A stretch of DNA of 64,000 bases from an uncultured Nitrososphaerales archaeon. GTDB lineage: Archaea > Thermoproteota > Nitrososphaeria > Nitrososphaerales > Nitrososphaeraceae. The notes under the pieces are model-generated. The model saw only the letters and a list, made by a program, of their open reading frames with translations, had not been told where the DNA came from and ran no database searches. Both the position numbers and the translations under genes were made by a program. This document shows positions 22,283 through 35,130 of the stretch, piece after piece. The first letter of the stretch is position 1. Each line of letters opens with the position of its first letter. The DNA is taken from assembly GCA_963713605.1 (NCBI GenBank), contig CAVQMO010000001.1:672001-736000 (forward strand), read 5' to 3'.

Positions 22283-23681
22283 ATGGGAAAGCTACAGAAT
22301 AGCCAAAGAGCATTAGTCTTACAAGGTGGAGGCTCACTTGGTGCATATGAAGCAGGAGCCTACCAAGCATTATATGAAAGAATCACCAAAATAGACAGAG
22401 AAAAAGGAATAAGAGATAAACCATTTTCAGACGTTGTGGCAGGAACATCAATAGGTGCGATAAATGCTGCAATAATCGTAAGCTACGTAGCAGAAAATAA
22501 TACATGGGAAGGCTCTTCAGAAAGATTAAATGAGTTCTGGGAGTATTTGTCAAAGGAATCTCCATTAGATCAGATTCCAGCGTTTACAGCTTGGTGGGAT
22601 TATTTACACAACAACATAAACTCTGGTATTGCCTCTGGGGAGGCTGCAAGAAGATATTACTCAGCAAAGCAATTTGCGATTACAGGAGTACCTACAGTCT
22701 TTTCCCCTCTAATCCCACAATTTGATACTAGGTTTTTTGATTCGCAAAATATATGGTATCGTTTTGACAGCGAACCATTAAAAAGAAGTTTAGAGAGATT
22801 CGCAAAATTTCCAATAGCAACAAGTTTCGATGGGAAATCATCGTTGCCCCAACCAAGGCTCATCCTCATGAGTGTTGACGTTGCAGAAGGAGTTGCTGTA
22901 GCATTTGACAGTTACGAAACGGAAGATGGTTCCAGAAAATCTGAGTATGGAAAATATATTACACAAAACGGGAAAGAAGTAGGACTTCAACATATCATAA
23001 GATATAATGATGGAATTACATCAGAGCAAGTTATTGCAAGTGCGTCGGTGCCTATCAATTATAGCTATACCCCTTTAGAGGTTGAAAGTTACAATAGCAA
23101 TACAGCTGAACTATGAGAAGAATATCCGTTACTTCTGGGATGGGGGAATAATGAGTAACACTCCGTTAACACAACTTGTTCAACTACACCGTCTTTATTG
23201 GCTCAAAGTAAAGGGTTTAACAGACACTGTTCCAAAGTTAGAAATATGTATAGTCAACGTTCATCCAGTTAAACAAGATACAATTCCTTGGGATCATGAT
23301 GGTGTTACAAACAGAAGTAGTGATATAACCTATTCAGACAGAACACGACGGGAGCAACAAGCTTTATTACTTGTATCAGACTACGTCGACCTGGCAAGGA
23401 AATTAATAAAGATTGCAAAAGATCATGGGGCAAAAGATGAGATCATAAATAATTTGTTAAACAGTAACACTTTGAATCATGGCTTAGCAATGAAATCTAG
23501 AAAATATTCGGATATCCTTATAGGACAATTTGAAATAGGAAAAGTAGTACGAATAAACCGCAAGAATGATGAAAATACTATATCAAATAAAATATTTGAC
23601 TTTTCGCCCAAGACAATTGAGCACTTAAGAGAAAGTGGATATAGCAATACTATGGATCTTAGTGACGTGGAATTTAGTTGA
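22283..23681 (+). pseudogene. Patatin-like phospholipase, single frameshift near 23100
   Basis: GGGSLG and GTSIG lie in ORF 22283-23116 and FWDGG in ORF 23082-23681. Collinear with the 6556-8064 protein. Confidence 0.85.
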
Positions 23682-24455
23682 ACTACTAAACACATAACAA
23701 TATTCACGCGTTAGATTCGGTCAAAAGGTGCAAGAGCAATTAAGTAGTAGTAGTGGTCTGGATATTATAAGCATATGTGACAAAGCCCTGATTTGAAAAA
23801 CTTAGGGTTATCTTACTTACCCCAGTCATAAGTATTTCACTGGATGGCTGATCAATCATGTTTATTCTATTAGTCAATGATTCAGGGAGTTGATTGCTTT
23901 TTTGCTGTCAACTGTCATGTCTGAGCGGACAAGATGTGTAACCGACCGCGTATCGCCAGTACCGTTGCGTATACTCCTTGATTGTGTCAATCAGAGGTGT
24001 GAGTAGAGGCTTCGGGACCAAAGGTACTCTGGATCTAACAAATTGAATTCCATTACAAATGCTTCGAATTCTTCTGAAATATTATATATATCATTTTCGC
24101 CCTTTCTTAACTTGTCCAGATTATTTATAGCTCTTTTCGTTCACTATCCATCACTAATCTGGAGCAGAGAGCAGAGAGTGCATGGAAGTCGGAAACTCGT
24201 ATTCAATTTTAGTAGATTCTAAAAATAGGTACTTAGCAAAGAAAAGAGAAGTTACTTATCTTCAGTCCTTAGGTTTTATAGTCTATCTATCTAGTACCTC
24301 ATATAATATTCCTACGAGCAGAGTCACGATCGGAGTCAATTGTCGCAGTAAAGGTGGTTTGGATCTTCATAGTGTAATGTCAAGAACTAGCAATGATTAA
24401 ATCCAAGCCTAGAATACGTATTTTGTGGCTGAAGGCGAGCTGACTAGTAACTTTC

Positions 24456-25661
24456 ATGCTCAGCATTAGCCTATTACTAATTATTATCTCTGCAGTACGC
24501 CGTTACACTAGAAACTTTATCATACCCGGTGTAACTTTTCTGATGTTCCTTGGAGCAATCTTGGCAGCTGCTCCTATTGTTGGTTTTGAAGTAGACGAAT
24601 TCTACAATTTCATTGAAGGATTACCGGAAATAATACTATTTGTTATTATCCCTATTTTGATCTTTGATTCCGGACGCAAGTTGAAAATTGTACAGATCAA
24701 AAAAGAAGCTATACCAATAGGTTTCTTTGCAATTATAGGAGTAATATTAACTATCATAATTATAGGGATTGCAGTCAATGGCGTATTTCAGATTCCATTT
24801 ATTGATGCCTTGCTTCTTGGGGCTATTTTGGCTGCTACCGATCCTGTAGCCGTGGGTGTTATATTTAAGAAATTTCCAATTCCGCATAAGTTGAATATAA
24901 TTATTGAAGGTGAGTCTTTGTTTAACGATGCAACGGGAGTTATCTCCTTTAACGTAATCAGAGGGATAATCTTTTCGGGAGTTGCATTTTCACTACTTGA
25001 TGCGTCTATCTCTTTTATCTGGTCAATGGTTGGTGCAATTGCTCTTGGTACGGCAATAGGATGGGTTGGTGGAAAAGTTCTCGATAAGTGGAAGGCTGAT
25101 GAGTATGTCGATTTCACCTTTTCCTTAGGCCTGGCCATCAGTGGCTATATAATAGCGGACCACTTCCTGCATGTTTCTGGAGTAGTTACCACTTTGTTTA
25201 CTGCATTGCTACTCATTACTAAACACAAAGAGATTTCTACCGGTGTTAGAAAACTGTTTCATAAATACTGGGACTATTTAGGTTTCGTAACAAATAGTAT
25301 TCTGTTTTTCCTTATAGGAATTCCTTTGCTTGCTGTAGGAACAGCTGAAAGTATTGGGTATCCACTAATTCTCATCCTAGTAGCTCCATTTGCCATAATG
25401 ATGATGTCTAGAGCTGTTGTAGTATACGGTGGAAGTACTTTTTTAAGAATCTTTAGAGTAAAAATTCCTCTCAAATGGCAGAACGTTCTTACCCTTGGTG
25501 GGATAAGAGGAGGCATGACAGTAGCATTGGTTCTGTCACTTTCAGCAGAATATGAATTCAAGGATCTATTTATCAGTTTGATCATACCCCTAATTGCGAT
25601 TAATCTATTAGTAAATCCTATTTTATTGAATCAGTATCTGAAAAAATCGAAAATCACATAG
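24456..25661 (+). CDS. CPA1-family Na+/H+ antiporter (NhaP-like)
   Basis: ATDPVAV, IIEGESLFNDA, HVSGV, GGIRGG motifs. Confidence 0.92.
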   Translation: MLSISLLLIIISAVRRYTRNFIIPGVTFLMFLGAILAAAPIVGFEVDEFYNFIEGLPEIILFVIIPILIFDSGRKLKIVQIKKEAIPIGFFAIIGVILTIIIIGIAVNGVFQIPFIDALLLGAILAATDPVAVGVIFKKFPIPHKLNIIIEGESLFNDATGVISFNVIRGIIFSGVAFSLLDASISFIWSMVGAIALGTAIGWVGGKVLDKWKADEYVDFTFSLGLAISGYIIADHFLHVSGVVTTLFTALLLITKHKEISTGVRKLFHKYWDYLGFVTNSILFFLIGIPLLAVGTAESIGYPLILILVAPFAIMMMSRAVVVYGGSTFLRIFRVKIPLKWQNVLTLGGIRGGMTVALVLSLSAEYEFKDLFISLIIPLIAINLLVNPILLNQYLKKSKIT

Positions 25662-26307
25662 TCAATTGAGTAGCCATATCCTTTCAACTGACTAATGTAT
25701 ATTAGGTGGGAACCTTACTTGCATTCTTGGAACTTAGCTGATACAGAACAAACCAGCTCTTTAGAAAATTAGATGTTGATCCTAGGAGGAATAGTATAGT
25801 TAGCAGTACTGATTTTATGAGTATCAAGGATTTCTTTAGATCAATTTCCTCTTCCAAAGGATCTCCTTCTACAGAAAATGACTATGGATAGTCTTCAGTC
25901 CGAGAGGCATATCCCATTTTAGCTTGGTTTATTGAGTAGAGTTATTACATTAATCAACATAGAGAAGTCGAATAGGAATTGAGAATCTTAAATTGAAAAT
26001 TAACTACATCTTTTAGTTTGTGAAGTTTAATAATAAAAATTATGTCTTAAGATGCCTTGAATGACAGTGAGGATCTGCATGAGATTCAAAATCATCCCCA
26101 TTTGTCTGTAGAATTCACTATAATATTCTCAAAATAAAAGCCAAAGAAATCTGGACGATAACCCTCTATGTTTGCATATATTGGAGCTGTAGGAACGAGA
26201 AGTCAAAAAATAGCTACACATGGAATAGCAGTGGTATAATCAAAAACCGAACTACAAATTCGGTGTATATAAGAAAGCTTAATTACTTCACTCGGGGAAT
26301 ATGGCTT

Positions 26308-26697
26308 ATGACTACTTCAGAAGAAAAAGCAAGCGATCAGAAGGTTAAGGAACAGAGTGACGAGCTGAGGGCAAAGTATCCCATCTTTACTGCCATTCTA
26401 GAAAGGATTCCAGATATGGATTTGAAAGAAGTCGTTAGTATATTAGGACTAGTTGATCCTGTAAGGTCGGTATTGAAGACCCATGCTACGAGATTGGCTT
26501 TCATAGGGGAGGATAAGGAGCTTGATCAAATGATTGAAGATGGGATTAATAAGTTGAGGACAAAATACGCTACACTGGCCGGTATCCTAGAAAGAATCCA
26601 TAAAATGGATCTAAAAGAGACCGCAATAGGATTGTTAGGAATTGATGCAATGGAGTCACTGCTAAAGCTTAGGATGCTAGTGATTCTGGCATCCTAA
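26308..26697 (+). CDS. Hypothetical helical protein with two internal repeats; paralog of 54749-55225
   Basis: LRAKYPIFTAILERIPDMDLKE and LRTKYATLAGILERIHKMDLKE. Start placed at ATG 26308. Confidence 0.7.
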   Translation: MTTSEEKASDQKVKEQSDELRAKYPIFTAILERIPDMDLKEVVSILGLVDPVRSVLKTHATRLAFIGEDKELDQMIEDGINKLRTKYATLAGILERIHKMDLKETAIGLLGIDAMESLLKLRMLVILAS

Positions 26698-28401
26698 TCC
26701 TCTTTACCAAGCGTCTTTACCAAGGATTTTTAAAAGATCACTTATATTCAATATTAGCTTAACTCCAAGTCATTAGTTTAGTTGGCAGTCCTAATATAGA
26801 ATTGTAGGGACTAAGCCATCAATTCATTCACGATTAGTTCAACAGATGCAGTAGCCTCTCTCTACTACTAAAGATATATTGTCGCAGCCATGGACATGTT
26901 GTCCACCTTCCTCTTTCGTGCTAGCTGTAACAAGATCCACAACGACAAATATGCCACTATATCGCCGTTCAAGAACGAGTAGTAGAAAACAGTAGCTGAG
27001 TGTTGAACTGCAGTTTTGGTAAAAGTATTCAATACAGTTCGCTGATGTCAAAAAATTGGATTTGACAATGTCTACAAAAGCACTTTCTACGTCAGAATAT
27101 CTGCTTATATCTAATCGACCAATTATGGCAGTCATGTCTACTTTTGAAGTATGTCGATAGTTCAGATTGAATGATCATAAATGTAATTTATCATGTAAAA
27201 GAATTACAAAGGGCTAAAGAATACATTTGTAATGTTACCAACGACTTGCCTTTTTGATCTTCTAGATATTATTGATTACTATAGTCTAATCAAATATGCT
27301 TTCAGGACATGCTCCGTCTGTTGTTACATAGTTAGTCTGATGCTGAAATCTGGCTTTGATTTTTCAATATGAGAGGTCCCATCATTTGGCTCTGAAATAT
27401 TGTTGTTAGCATTTATCACATTCTTCTCACGTCTCTTTATATCAAAGTGTATCCTAGGATAAAAGTAACCTAGGATAAAAGATTTATGATTTCCTTAGAT
27501 TGGTGATATAAATCAAGGATTGACGGGTGAGGGATGCATAAGTATAGGTGTCTAAAATATAATTTAAAACAAATCTCTTTGCTATCTGAATAAAAGGGAA
27601 AAGCTTCTTTGGAATGCTTGGAGCGGTCACGTTCAAGTTGTAAATCAAATTCAAGAACAAGTTATCAGGTGCATCTAGTCTGTGGGCAAATTCTGTTTAA
27701 GTTCATTTGCTGATACATCTGGTTGTGTAAGAGCATCTCCTAATCCCGCCATCATCTGTCTAGTACTATTATCTATAGCCAAAGTTCTGTTCTCTGAAAA
27801 AGCGGTCATTTGCTGACCTGCTCTTGTCAAATTAACTGCTAGCGAGTCTAATTTACTTGAAGCCATTTGTAACTCTGACCTTGCTCCAGAGATATTTCCA
27901 GTGCTAACGGTAGTAGCCAAACTGGGCCTAAAGATGTAAAGTGGTGAAAAAACCACCATGGATAGAATTAGGAGGCTTCCAATTGAAGTGGCAGACTTAG
28001 AAAGAGGCTTAGAATTCTAGATACAGGCTCTTAAAAAGAATCTAGTAAAAAATAAGGGATTACTGACCGAATGGTGATAAAGTCGGTACTACTCAGGGCT
28101 TAACGGAGAGCGCCGGTCGAGACTATTTCAGACGTCATTTGAATATTGCCAATGAAAAAGGGAGAGGCTTAACTTTGGAATACCACACAACTTGATAGGA
28201 TAAAAAGAATCTTTAGTGGCATCCAACTTTGCTATAAACGTGACCCATGAAAAGTAATTGATTTGCAAGGGCCAAAAGAAGTATCTGAAAGTTAAATTTG
28301 AATTAGTCACTTGATATTTTTTAAGATTTGTTGTATAAGTTTATAAATTTCAAAGAGCTTAATTGGACTGTATAAAGGTATAATAGGGACGTTCGAGAGA
28401 G

Positions 28402-28867
28402 GTGGTTATGAGACAAGAACACGTAACTTTGAAAAACGTAGAGGTCGAACGACTTTTTGAACTCATCAAGAAACATTTGCAGGAAATAAAGCTAGATATT
28501 ATTCATGAAGAGACGGCTGCTTCCACTGCTTCCACTGCTTCCGGCTATTGGAACTTGAAGGCGCATAAAGGTAGCAAAGGTAGTATAGTTGTGGGTAATA
28601 TAAGAGATGTAGAAGTAATGATAAGCGGAACCAAGGGTAACTACGACCTAGTTCTAAGAACTGGTGCATGGGGTAAAGACATAATCGTACCAACAGCCAT
28701 ATGGGGAGTCGCGACAGCAGGATTAGTCTGTTGTTCCAGTAGCTCTAGCTGAAATTTACAGGGCGCATGCATTTGAAAAGCATTTCTGGGATTTTATTAG
28801 AGAAAAGACCGCTGAAATTAGCGATGGAAAGGCAGAAGTTTCTAGTCCAGTAACAGTGACGCCCTGA
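28402..28867 (+). pseudogene. Hypothetical protein, frameshifted near 28730
   Basis: The 116-aa ORF continues in another frame (AEIYRAHAFEKHFWDFIREKT...). A 9-bp tandem duplication gives ASTASTAS. Confidence 0.5.
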
Positions 28868-29441
28868 GTGAAATTATAGAGATAAAGGTATTAAGATGCG
28901 AGACAGGACTGGATATTTTTTCTGAGTCTTTAAAATTTTTCTTCATACATAGAAGGTTTCAACTCAAGACTAGCCGGGCTATCGTTAAAATTTCCGAAAT
29001 GTAAGTGGTTTACGCCCGAGATTTTTAATCCCACGACTGGAACGTTCTGTCAATAACAATACCCACTGGAAGAACGTTTTTGCAAACCTTCTGACACTAA
29101 ATTCAGACTATGGAGGATAAAGCAACAAGGGTTAGAGGCGTTAAAAGGTCAGCACCTCGAATAATATACTCCTAATATATTCAGGCGTTACTAGTTCAGT
29201 GTATCAAAGTCTTGAGCGTGAAAGTGTCAAGATATCACAAGCGATATTCTCTATTTTAGAGTATATAGAGGATTATGATACCCGGTCTCTATAGGTCTAC
29301 TCTGGCAGTAGACGCCAAGCGTAGTATTCCACCTTGGCTTCCTGGTTGCTATTCTTGTCGTTGTCGCTTTCCCTTATGAACTCTAAAGTTGGAACCAATT
29401 TTCCCAATTCTTGTTTATATACTAGTGTTACCCATCGGCAC

Positions 29442-29744
29442 ATGATGAAAAACAATATTGTAATAGGAATAGTTGTTGCCATGGCTTTGGGCTCTGTCAT
29501 AACAGGTAGCACCCTTACAGCGGTATCAGCGCAAGGGAACATGACTGCAGGTGGCGGTGGGAACATGACTGCAGGTGGCGGTGGGAACATGACTGCAGGT
29601 GGCGGGGACATAGTACAGCAGTTAAAGTCAGCCGCTGTCACAGCAAAACTCATAGACAATAAGAAAATGTTTATAATCGCCTGCCTGCCGGAGATGACAG
29701 ATCCAGATACCCAGTGCTCAGTTGCCAACCTAGAACTGCGATAA
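29442..29744 (+). CDS. Small secreted protein with (GNMTAGGG)x3 repeat
   Basis: Signal-peptide-like MMKNNIVIGIVVAMALG...VSAQ, low-complexity repeat, two C-terminal Cys. Confidence 0.65.
   Translation: MMKNNIVIGIVVAMALGSVITGSTLTAVSAQGNMTAGGGGNMTAGGGGNMTAGGGDIVQQLKSAAVTAKLIDNKKMFIIACLPEMTDPDTQCSVANLELR
29535..29606 (+). repeat. 24-bp tandem repeat x3
   Basis: Unit gggaacatgactgcaggtggcggt. Confidence 0.95.
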
Positions 29745-30349
29745 ATGAATGAGTTTTAGAGGATAAGGGTCAAAGAGGAAACCCTACCTTCATCTTTTTT
29801 ATTTTTATTTGGTTTTTGTTGTTGTTCTTCTAGGTACCTTACTCCTTACTCCTTTAATCAGATTGAAGTATCGGATACCTTACATTGTTACAGTGAAACA
29901 CAAATCCATTTCATAGGTAGAGATATTGTACATATTGGTACTTATTCTGTTTATACAGGTTTCTTATATTATAGTTCCCCAACATTGTTGCATCTCTTGT
30001 CCTATTCTCGAAAATTAATCACAAGCTGTTCTGAAAGTCGTTACCAAAGGGAATACAAGTAATTGTCAATATGAGCTGTTTTTTTTAGCCCGCTCGCCTT
30101 CTAACTTCTAAGCTGAGAACAGATTCACCTAAAGTATGTACACAATTTTGGCAATGAATCTTCTGAATCTAATCTTCAAGAGTTAGTATATTGCCAAAAG
30201 ACAATCAGGAAACAGAAATATTAAGACCTAAACAATGTCCTAACTGTAACGAACCCAATAGACCAGATCAGAAATTCTGTCAAATGTAAGATGGTACTAA
30301 CTTATGATGCCTATTGCGAAACGATTGAAGAAAAACAAATTAAGGCTAA

Positions 30350-30580
30350 ATGGGAAGATCAAAATTAATGCCTGAAAAGGAAGTCTATCCGATAAGAAAT
30401 TGTGCAGGCTGCGGCGATCCTATTTTTTTGGATAAAGGCAACTACATACAATTTGTCAGTACAAGTCAAATAAAATGGTATACACACAAAGATTGTTTTA
30501 CTAAAAGTTTGAATAGAGGGCTAAGTGATTGGCTAGAGATAGAGATGAACTCCTACTTTAGAAGGATGGAAGTACACTAA
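30350..30580 (+). CDS. Small putative zinc-finger protein (CxxC...HxxC)
   Basis: CAGC...HKDC in a 76-aa ORF. Confidence 0.5.
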   Translation: MGRSKLMPEKEVYPIRNCAGCGDPIFLDKGNYIQFVSTSQIKWYTHKDCFTKSLNRGLSDWLEIEMNSYFRRMEVH

Positions 30581-31061
30581 GCCTTTTTCCTTCTCTTTAA
30601 TAGATTTCTCCAAGAAAGGGGGTTAATGAGTAAGCCACCAATAGTAGCCAAAGAAATACAGATTTGTCATAATGGCATAATTTTTACAATTCAAGTTACA
30701 TTAATTGAAGCAGGTACTCAAGTACCTCCATCATCACCACAATCTGTTGATACTTTAAAAATTGTTAATGTCGTCACTTCAGCAGCAGACGGTGATAACA
30801 AAGGGGAAAATATGCTCTTGTAATGAAGATTTAACAGTTGGTAAGAGCTTGCAATCTGGACAATAAAATAAACGAAAAGAAGGGAAGGCCAGTAAAAAAG
30901 CATTCAGAATCTTATTGCCACGTGCGAATGCAGCAATAATATGATTTTGAATAAACTGGCTCATCCACAAACTTGTGAGGCTAATTTATCTCATCTCCTC
31001 ATAGTAGACATATTACCGGTTTCCTGTCAACAGCTATATAGTTTATATCCCTCCTCAAAAA

Positions 31062-31796
31062 TTGGTTTATTTATTGATCGCTGGATCAAAAAGCAACTAT
31101 CTGCTGGAAATTGTTGGCACATTCATCCTGGTTTACGCTATTTGTTCAGCAGCTACTGTATATTCTGGGACCAACAAACTGCTTGGAATAGTTGGCCTCG
31201 GACAGCTCGGAATGATTGGAATAGGTTTGGTTCATGCTTTTGCTTTAGTTGCAATAGTTTATGCTATAGCATATCGCACTGGAGGTCAGGTTAATCCAGC
31301 TGTTACAATAGCGTTGCTAGTAACAGGAAAACTGCGTGCAAAAGAAGCGACACTGTATATTGCGTGCCAAATATTAGGGGCTGTTATCGCTGCCGCTGTA
31401 GTATATTCAATGTTTGGAAGCGATATGGCTGCTAGTGTCACGCTTCCTGCGGATGATAATGTTACTCGAGCGTTTATATTGGAAACTGTTATGACATTTA
31501 CTCTTGTATATGTAGTATTAACAACAACTTCATCCAAAAATTATAAGATAGCGTCATTAGCCGGAGTGGCAATAGGATTTACCCTTGGATTTAATGTAAT
31601 ATTGGGAGGTTCCATAAGTGGCGGATCTTTAAATCCAGCACGTTCATTTGGTCCTGCACTAATTGTTGGAAACTTTGACTATCAATGGATTTACTGGATA
31701 GCTCCTATTCTTGGAGGACTAATAGCAGCCGGGGTGTATAGGGGATTACATAAAGACTTAGACTTACCATCGCCTCCAAATGATAAATTGACATAA
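31062..31796 (+). CDS. MIP-family aquaporin
   Basis: Two NPA boxes (GGQVNPAVT, GGSLNPARSFGP) and WIYWIAP. Confidence 0.93.
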   Translation: MVYLLIAGSKSNYLLEIVGTFILVYAICSAATVYSGTNKLLGIVGLGQLGMIGIGLVHAFALVAIVYAIAYRTGGQVNPAVTIALLVTGKLRAKEATLYIACQILGAVIAAAVVYSMFGSDMAASVTLPADDNVTRAFILETVMTFTLVYVVLTTTSSKNYKIASLAGVAIGFTLGFNVILGGSISGGSLNPARSFGPALIVGNFDYQWIYWIAPILGGLIAAGVYRGLHKDLDLPSPPNDKLT

Positions 31797-31829
31797 GAGT
31801 GCTAACTTCTTTGATTATTATTGGCAGTA

Positions 31830-32102
31830 TCTCAAGAACGTCTGACAATATCGTGCCTACTTTTGAGTATCATTAGGACGTATGAGGCCGTAACAGGAAT
31901 AATAAGTAAGAACGCAACATTGAGAACTTGATCGTTTAAAGTGCCAGTTAACAGAGCACTGAAGATATATCTTACGAGAATAACAGTGATAGGAACGATA
32001 AGTGCAAAATAAGCGATCAGGTAGAGTCGCTTCGTAAAAACAGAAAGTTTCTGTTCCTGCCCAATGTACAGACCAAAAAATTACAAACGCCAATCCCATC
32101 AT
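31830..32102 (-). pseudogene. Truncated, frameshifted copy of the 21437-21910 gene
   Basis: Clear nucleotide similarity to about 21436-21706 (MMGLAFVIF...). Confidence 0.8.
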
Positions 32103-32432
32103 GAACTTTTCTTAGCTCCACCTAATTGTACATTAGTCAGTTGAAAGGATATGGACAAAAATCATCAAATGGAATAGTATTTTCAGTCCCTTTCACCTCT
32201 CTCCACTAACCTCTCACAGCTGTGTCAGGAGAAGGCGCATTGAATTTAGCGTACTTACATCAAATAATCTTAGATTAATTTTATCGGATCTACATTTACT
32301 GAATTCATATTAATAGTAAAGATGTTGAAATTAAATAATTTCTTTTTATCACCTAACAAATCTCAGTCAGATGAAATAGATCATTACCATACACATAGGT
32401 TTTAATATTCAAGCATAATTAAATTCATACAA

Positions 32433-32738
32433 ATGTTTCTATTGGATATTATTAAGCATGATACACACAATGAAAATATTTGTGATCTATGTGGTGAAGA
32501 ATTTGTGAATTATAAGGATTTGATCGCACACGCAAGACACGTACATCACGATCCAATTATGAAGTGCCATGAGTGTGGTAAGGAATTCATTCACGAAAAA
32601 GATAGACTTCATCATATCAGAGAAGAACATCTAAAAAAAATAGATCATCGAACCCATAAATGGGAACATACGAAAAGAGTTAAGGATCCGCAATCTGACG
32701 TAGATGAACATATGCATAACTTTGGTGATAATTTCTAA
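32433..32738 (+). CDS. C2H2 zinc-finger protein (two fingers)
   Basis: CDLC...HARHVH and CHEC...HIREEH. Confidence 0.85.
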   Translation: MFLLDIIKHDTHNENICDLCGEEFVNYKDLIAHARHVHHDPIMKCHECGKEFIHEKDRLHHIREEHLKKIDHRTHKWEHTKRVKDPQSDVDEHMHNFGDNF

Positions 32739-32799
32739 ATCTCACTTTATTTTGACATCAGATCCGTCTAAGTTCTTTTAGTAGGCCATAACATTATAC

Positions 32800-33140
32800 C
32801 TATCTGACTAAAAGTACAGGGCAATAAGCATACTACATTACACCATTTGCGACACTTCCCATCAATGACCTTTTAGTCCTGTTCCTCTCTTCGTTCCAAA
32901 GACTACTAGGCCTCATCAACAGAATAATTTAAAATCAATTCGGTTCAACTAAAGCGTCTGTCTTTATATCTTTCAGACCTGCATTCTTTGCTAATTGTCT
33001 TACTATGTCAAACCAATATTCTACTTTATCTTTAATGTCAGCATATTTGACTGAGTATAATGAATATTCTGAACCGTCTACGGGAACAAGTATCTTGCTT
33101 ATCCTAACTTCAGATCTATCTTCAGTGGCTTTAGTTTCTG
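32800..33140 (-). pseudogene. Universal stress protein (UspA family), degraded
   Basis: ISKILVPVDGSEYS at the start and LMGSVANGV..YAYCPVLLVR* at the end, with deletions and stops between. Confidence 0.8.
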
Positions 33141-33340
33141 CCGTCGTACTATTTTGATAGCACTTCCTTAATAGCAGTTTAACAAGGATTGTAGTTCATT
33201 TATTTATTTCGGTAGTAGTGATTGTAGGGAATAAACCTTTAGCAGAACATACTAAATATAAGAGCAGGCATGTAAAACCCTATCCACTAAAGGAGGACAA
33301 ATTAAAAACGGAGCTCCTAAAGCTAAAAACATCATACTGA

Positions 33341-33634
33341 CTACCCTGCTACCGCACTATCGTACTCTGCGATGCAATGATCTAAATCACTGCCAGTAAA
33401 AGATGCACATACCGCTCCTACATTATATTGATCGACTATTGCAGCTGCCAATCCATACTTGACGCCTATCATGTAAGCATACGTATGTTTTGGAATTGGT
33501 ATAGCTGTTTGAGCCTGAGCCATTGATACTGTTATCGCCGAGAAAGTTACTATGAATACAAAGAACGAGTATAAGGTTGGAGCGGTGGTCATAAGCCAAT
33601 TGTTTTTTGTCTTTTTATGCAGATCATAAATCAT
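33341..33634 (-). CDS. Hypothetical secreted protein
   Basis: Hydrophobic N-terminal segment ending AQA, and a Cys pair. Confidence 0.45.
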   Translation of the reverse strand: MIYDLHKKTKNNWLMTTAPTLYSFFVFIVTFSAITVSMAQAQTAIPIPKHTYAYMIGVKYGLAAAIVDQYNVGAVCASFTGSDLDHCIAEYDSAVAG

Positions 33635-34467
33635 TTCTCTCTAGATTCCTGGTATTGTACCTGTCCTTCGGTATTATTAAAAAATGATAATATTATTCGG
33701 TTGGTCCTAATGAGCAGTCTATAATTCACGGCTTTTTTCAGATGTAATAGTATACAATACTAACCGTGAAGCGGCTGATTTGTTATCATACATATATTCA
33801 TCAAATCAATCAAATGCCCACTAATGAGATTGGCAGTACGTTGGCTATCGACCGCTACTTTTGCTTATAAGTTATCCATGCTTGTCTGTTGTTCTCCTAA
33901 GGTACATAGAAGTTATATGATTTCAACTATAGAAGATAACCCTGTGATATATCACAACACGAAATGACAGTCGATTGGAAAAAATAATCTATCATGAGGC
34001 CCGCGATTTCAGTGGATCTCTTAGATGTGGGAAATCACAAAGTTACTATTTCTGTTTTGTTGAACGATTAAGATTGCCGGTGGCAGTTATCTGACCACCA
34101 GACCATTAAGCTTGACAATGGCATTCTGCGCCTCAATAAATCATTAGATGGAAGTATTTCTTATTAACATGTTCAATTGAATGCTGTAAACAATCTTTTG
34201 CATGAGCCAAAAATCCTAATGGATTACGCAACATTGTTCTCATACTATGAGAATATTCAAATGGAACTCCAACCTTTGTTCATATTCTTTATCTCCCTCT
34301 TGAATGATCTCAGAAAACTAATATCCATAAGAATTCGTCCACGTTCGATTAATGGACGGACTGGGTGGCTCAAATATACCGTTCTTCATTTAACTTTTTA
34401 GTTGTCGTTTCGAATTAGTCTGAATGAAAAGGGATTCTTAGCACTAGTGATTTAACATTCCCTCTAC

Positions 34468-34890
34468 CTATTTTTGGACTGTCCTAACAATACCAATCTG
34501 TAATGCCGCTGACAATCCATCGACTACTACCCATGCCTCCTTTATCTTGTTGCCATCAAAATGAAAAACAGTCATACCGACGGTTTCAAATTTCTTATGG
34601 GTAGCTGGAATGCCACGAAATTCCTTTTCGTGCGTTCCTTCAACAACAAAAGTGGAAGCAACTTTACCAGACTCAACTATGCTATCTACCATAGTAAACC
34701 GCATATCAGGAAACGCAGCACGATCTGAGGAAATCCATTTCTTAAAGTTTTCAATTCCTTCCACATCTTCACCGCGAGCATGGTATACAAAGCCAGGTGT
34801 CAATAGACTGTCTATACTGTCCAGATTTCTTTGGTTGTATACGTCATCAAAAAATTGGCGAACTGTTAGTTTAATTTCTACAAGAGACAT
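34468..34890 (-). CDS. SnoaL-like ester cyclase / NTF2-fold protein
   Basis: AFPDMRFT, GTHEKEFRGIPATHKKF, GNKIKEAW. Confidence 0.88.
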   Translation of the reverse strand: MSLVEIKLTVRQFFDDVYNQRNLDSIDSLLTPGFVYHARGEDVEGIENFKKWISSDRAAFPDMRFTMVDSIVESGKVASTFVVEGTHEKEFRGIPATHKKFETVGMTVFHFDGNKIKEAWVVVDGLSAALQIGIVRTVQK

Positions 34891-34944
34891 CCTTAAGCCC
34901 CTTACTATTAGTCAGAATTTAACTGTTTTCTAGCAATATTGGGC

Positions 34945-35130
34945 AAGGGTGGCCAGAAATACCTGTAGGAAATCCCAAATAATTTTCGATACGTGAGCTT
35001 GAACATGCTTGACCACCAGGGGAACTTGTCTCGAGCACTAGGACATCTAGTCCTTCTGAAGCGGCATATACTTCGGCCGCCAATCATGAGGGACCAGCTC
35101 CGATGATTACAAGATCCCGAACATGGGTTT
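34945..35130 (-). pseudogene. Thioredoxin-reductase-like FAD oxidoreductase fragment
   Basis: [55 protein letters not shown], with an in-frame TGA at the conserved Gly. Confidence 0.85.

Noticed and set aside
22059..22370. 103-aa minus-strand ORF ending in the 43-bp repeat
   Set aside because: Overlaps the patatin start and promoter and has no recognisable features. Probably spurious.
29535..29606. Possible CRISPR array or RiPP core repeats
   Set aside because: Spacerless in-frame repeat in a signal-peptide protein. It has no acidic acceptor residues and is 6 kb from the ligase.
34468..35130. SnoaL-like and TrxB-like genes as tailoring enzymes of the ATP-grasp locus
   Set aside because: Both are on the opposite strand. 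TrxB is a short dead fragment and SnoaL has an unlinked paralog at 63171, so the adjacency looks incidental.
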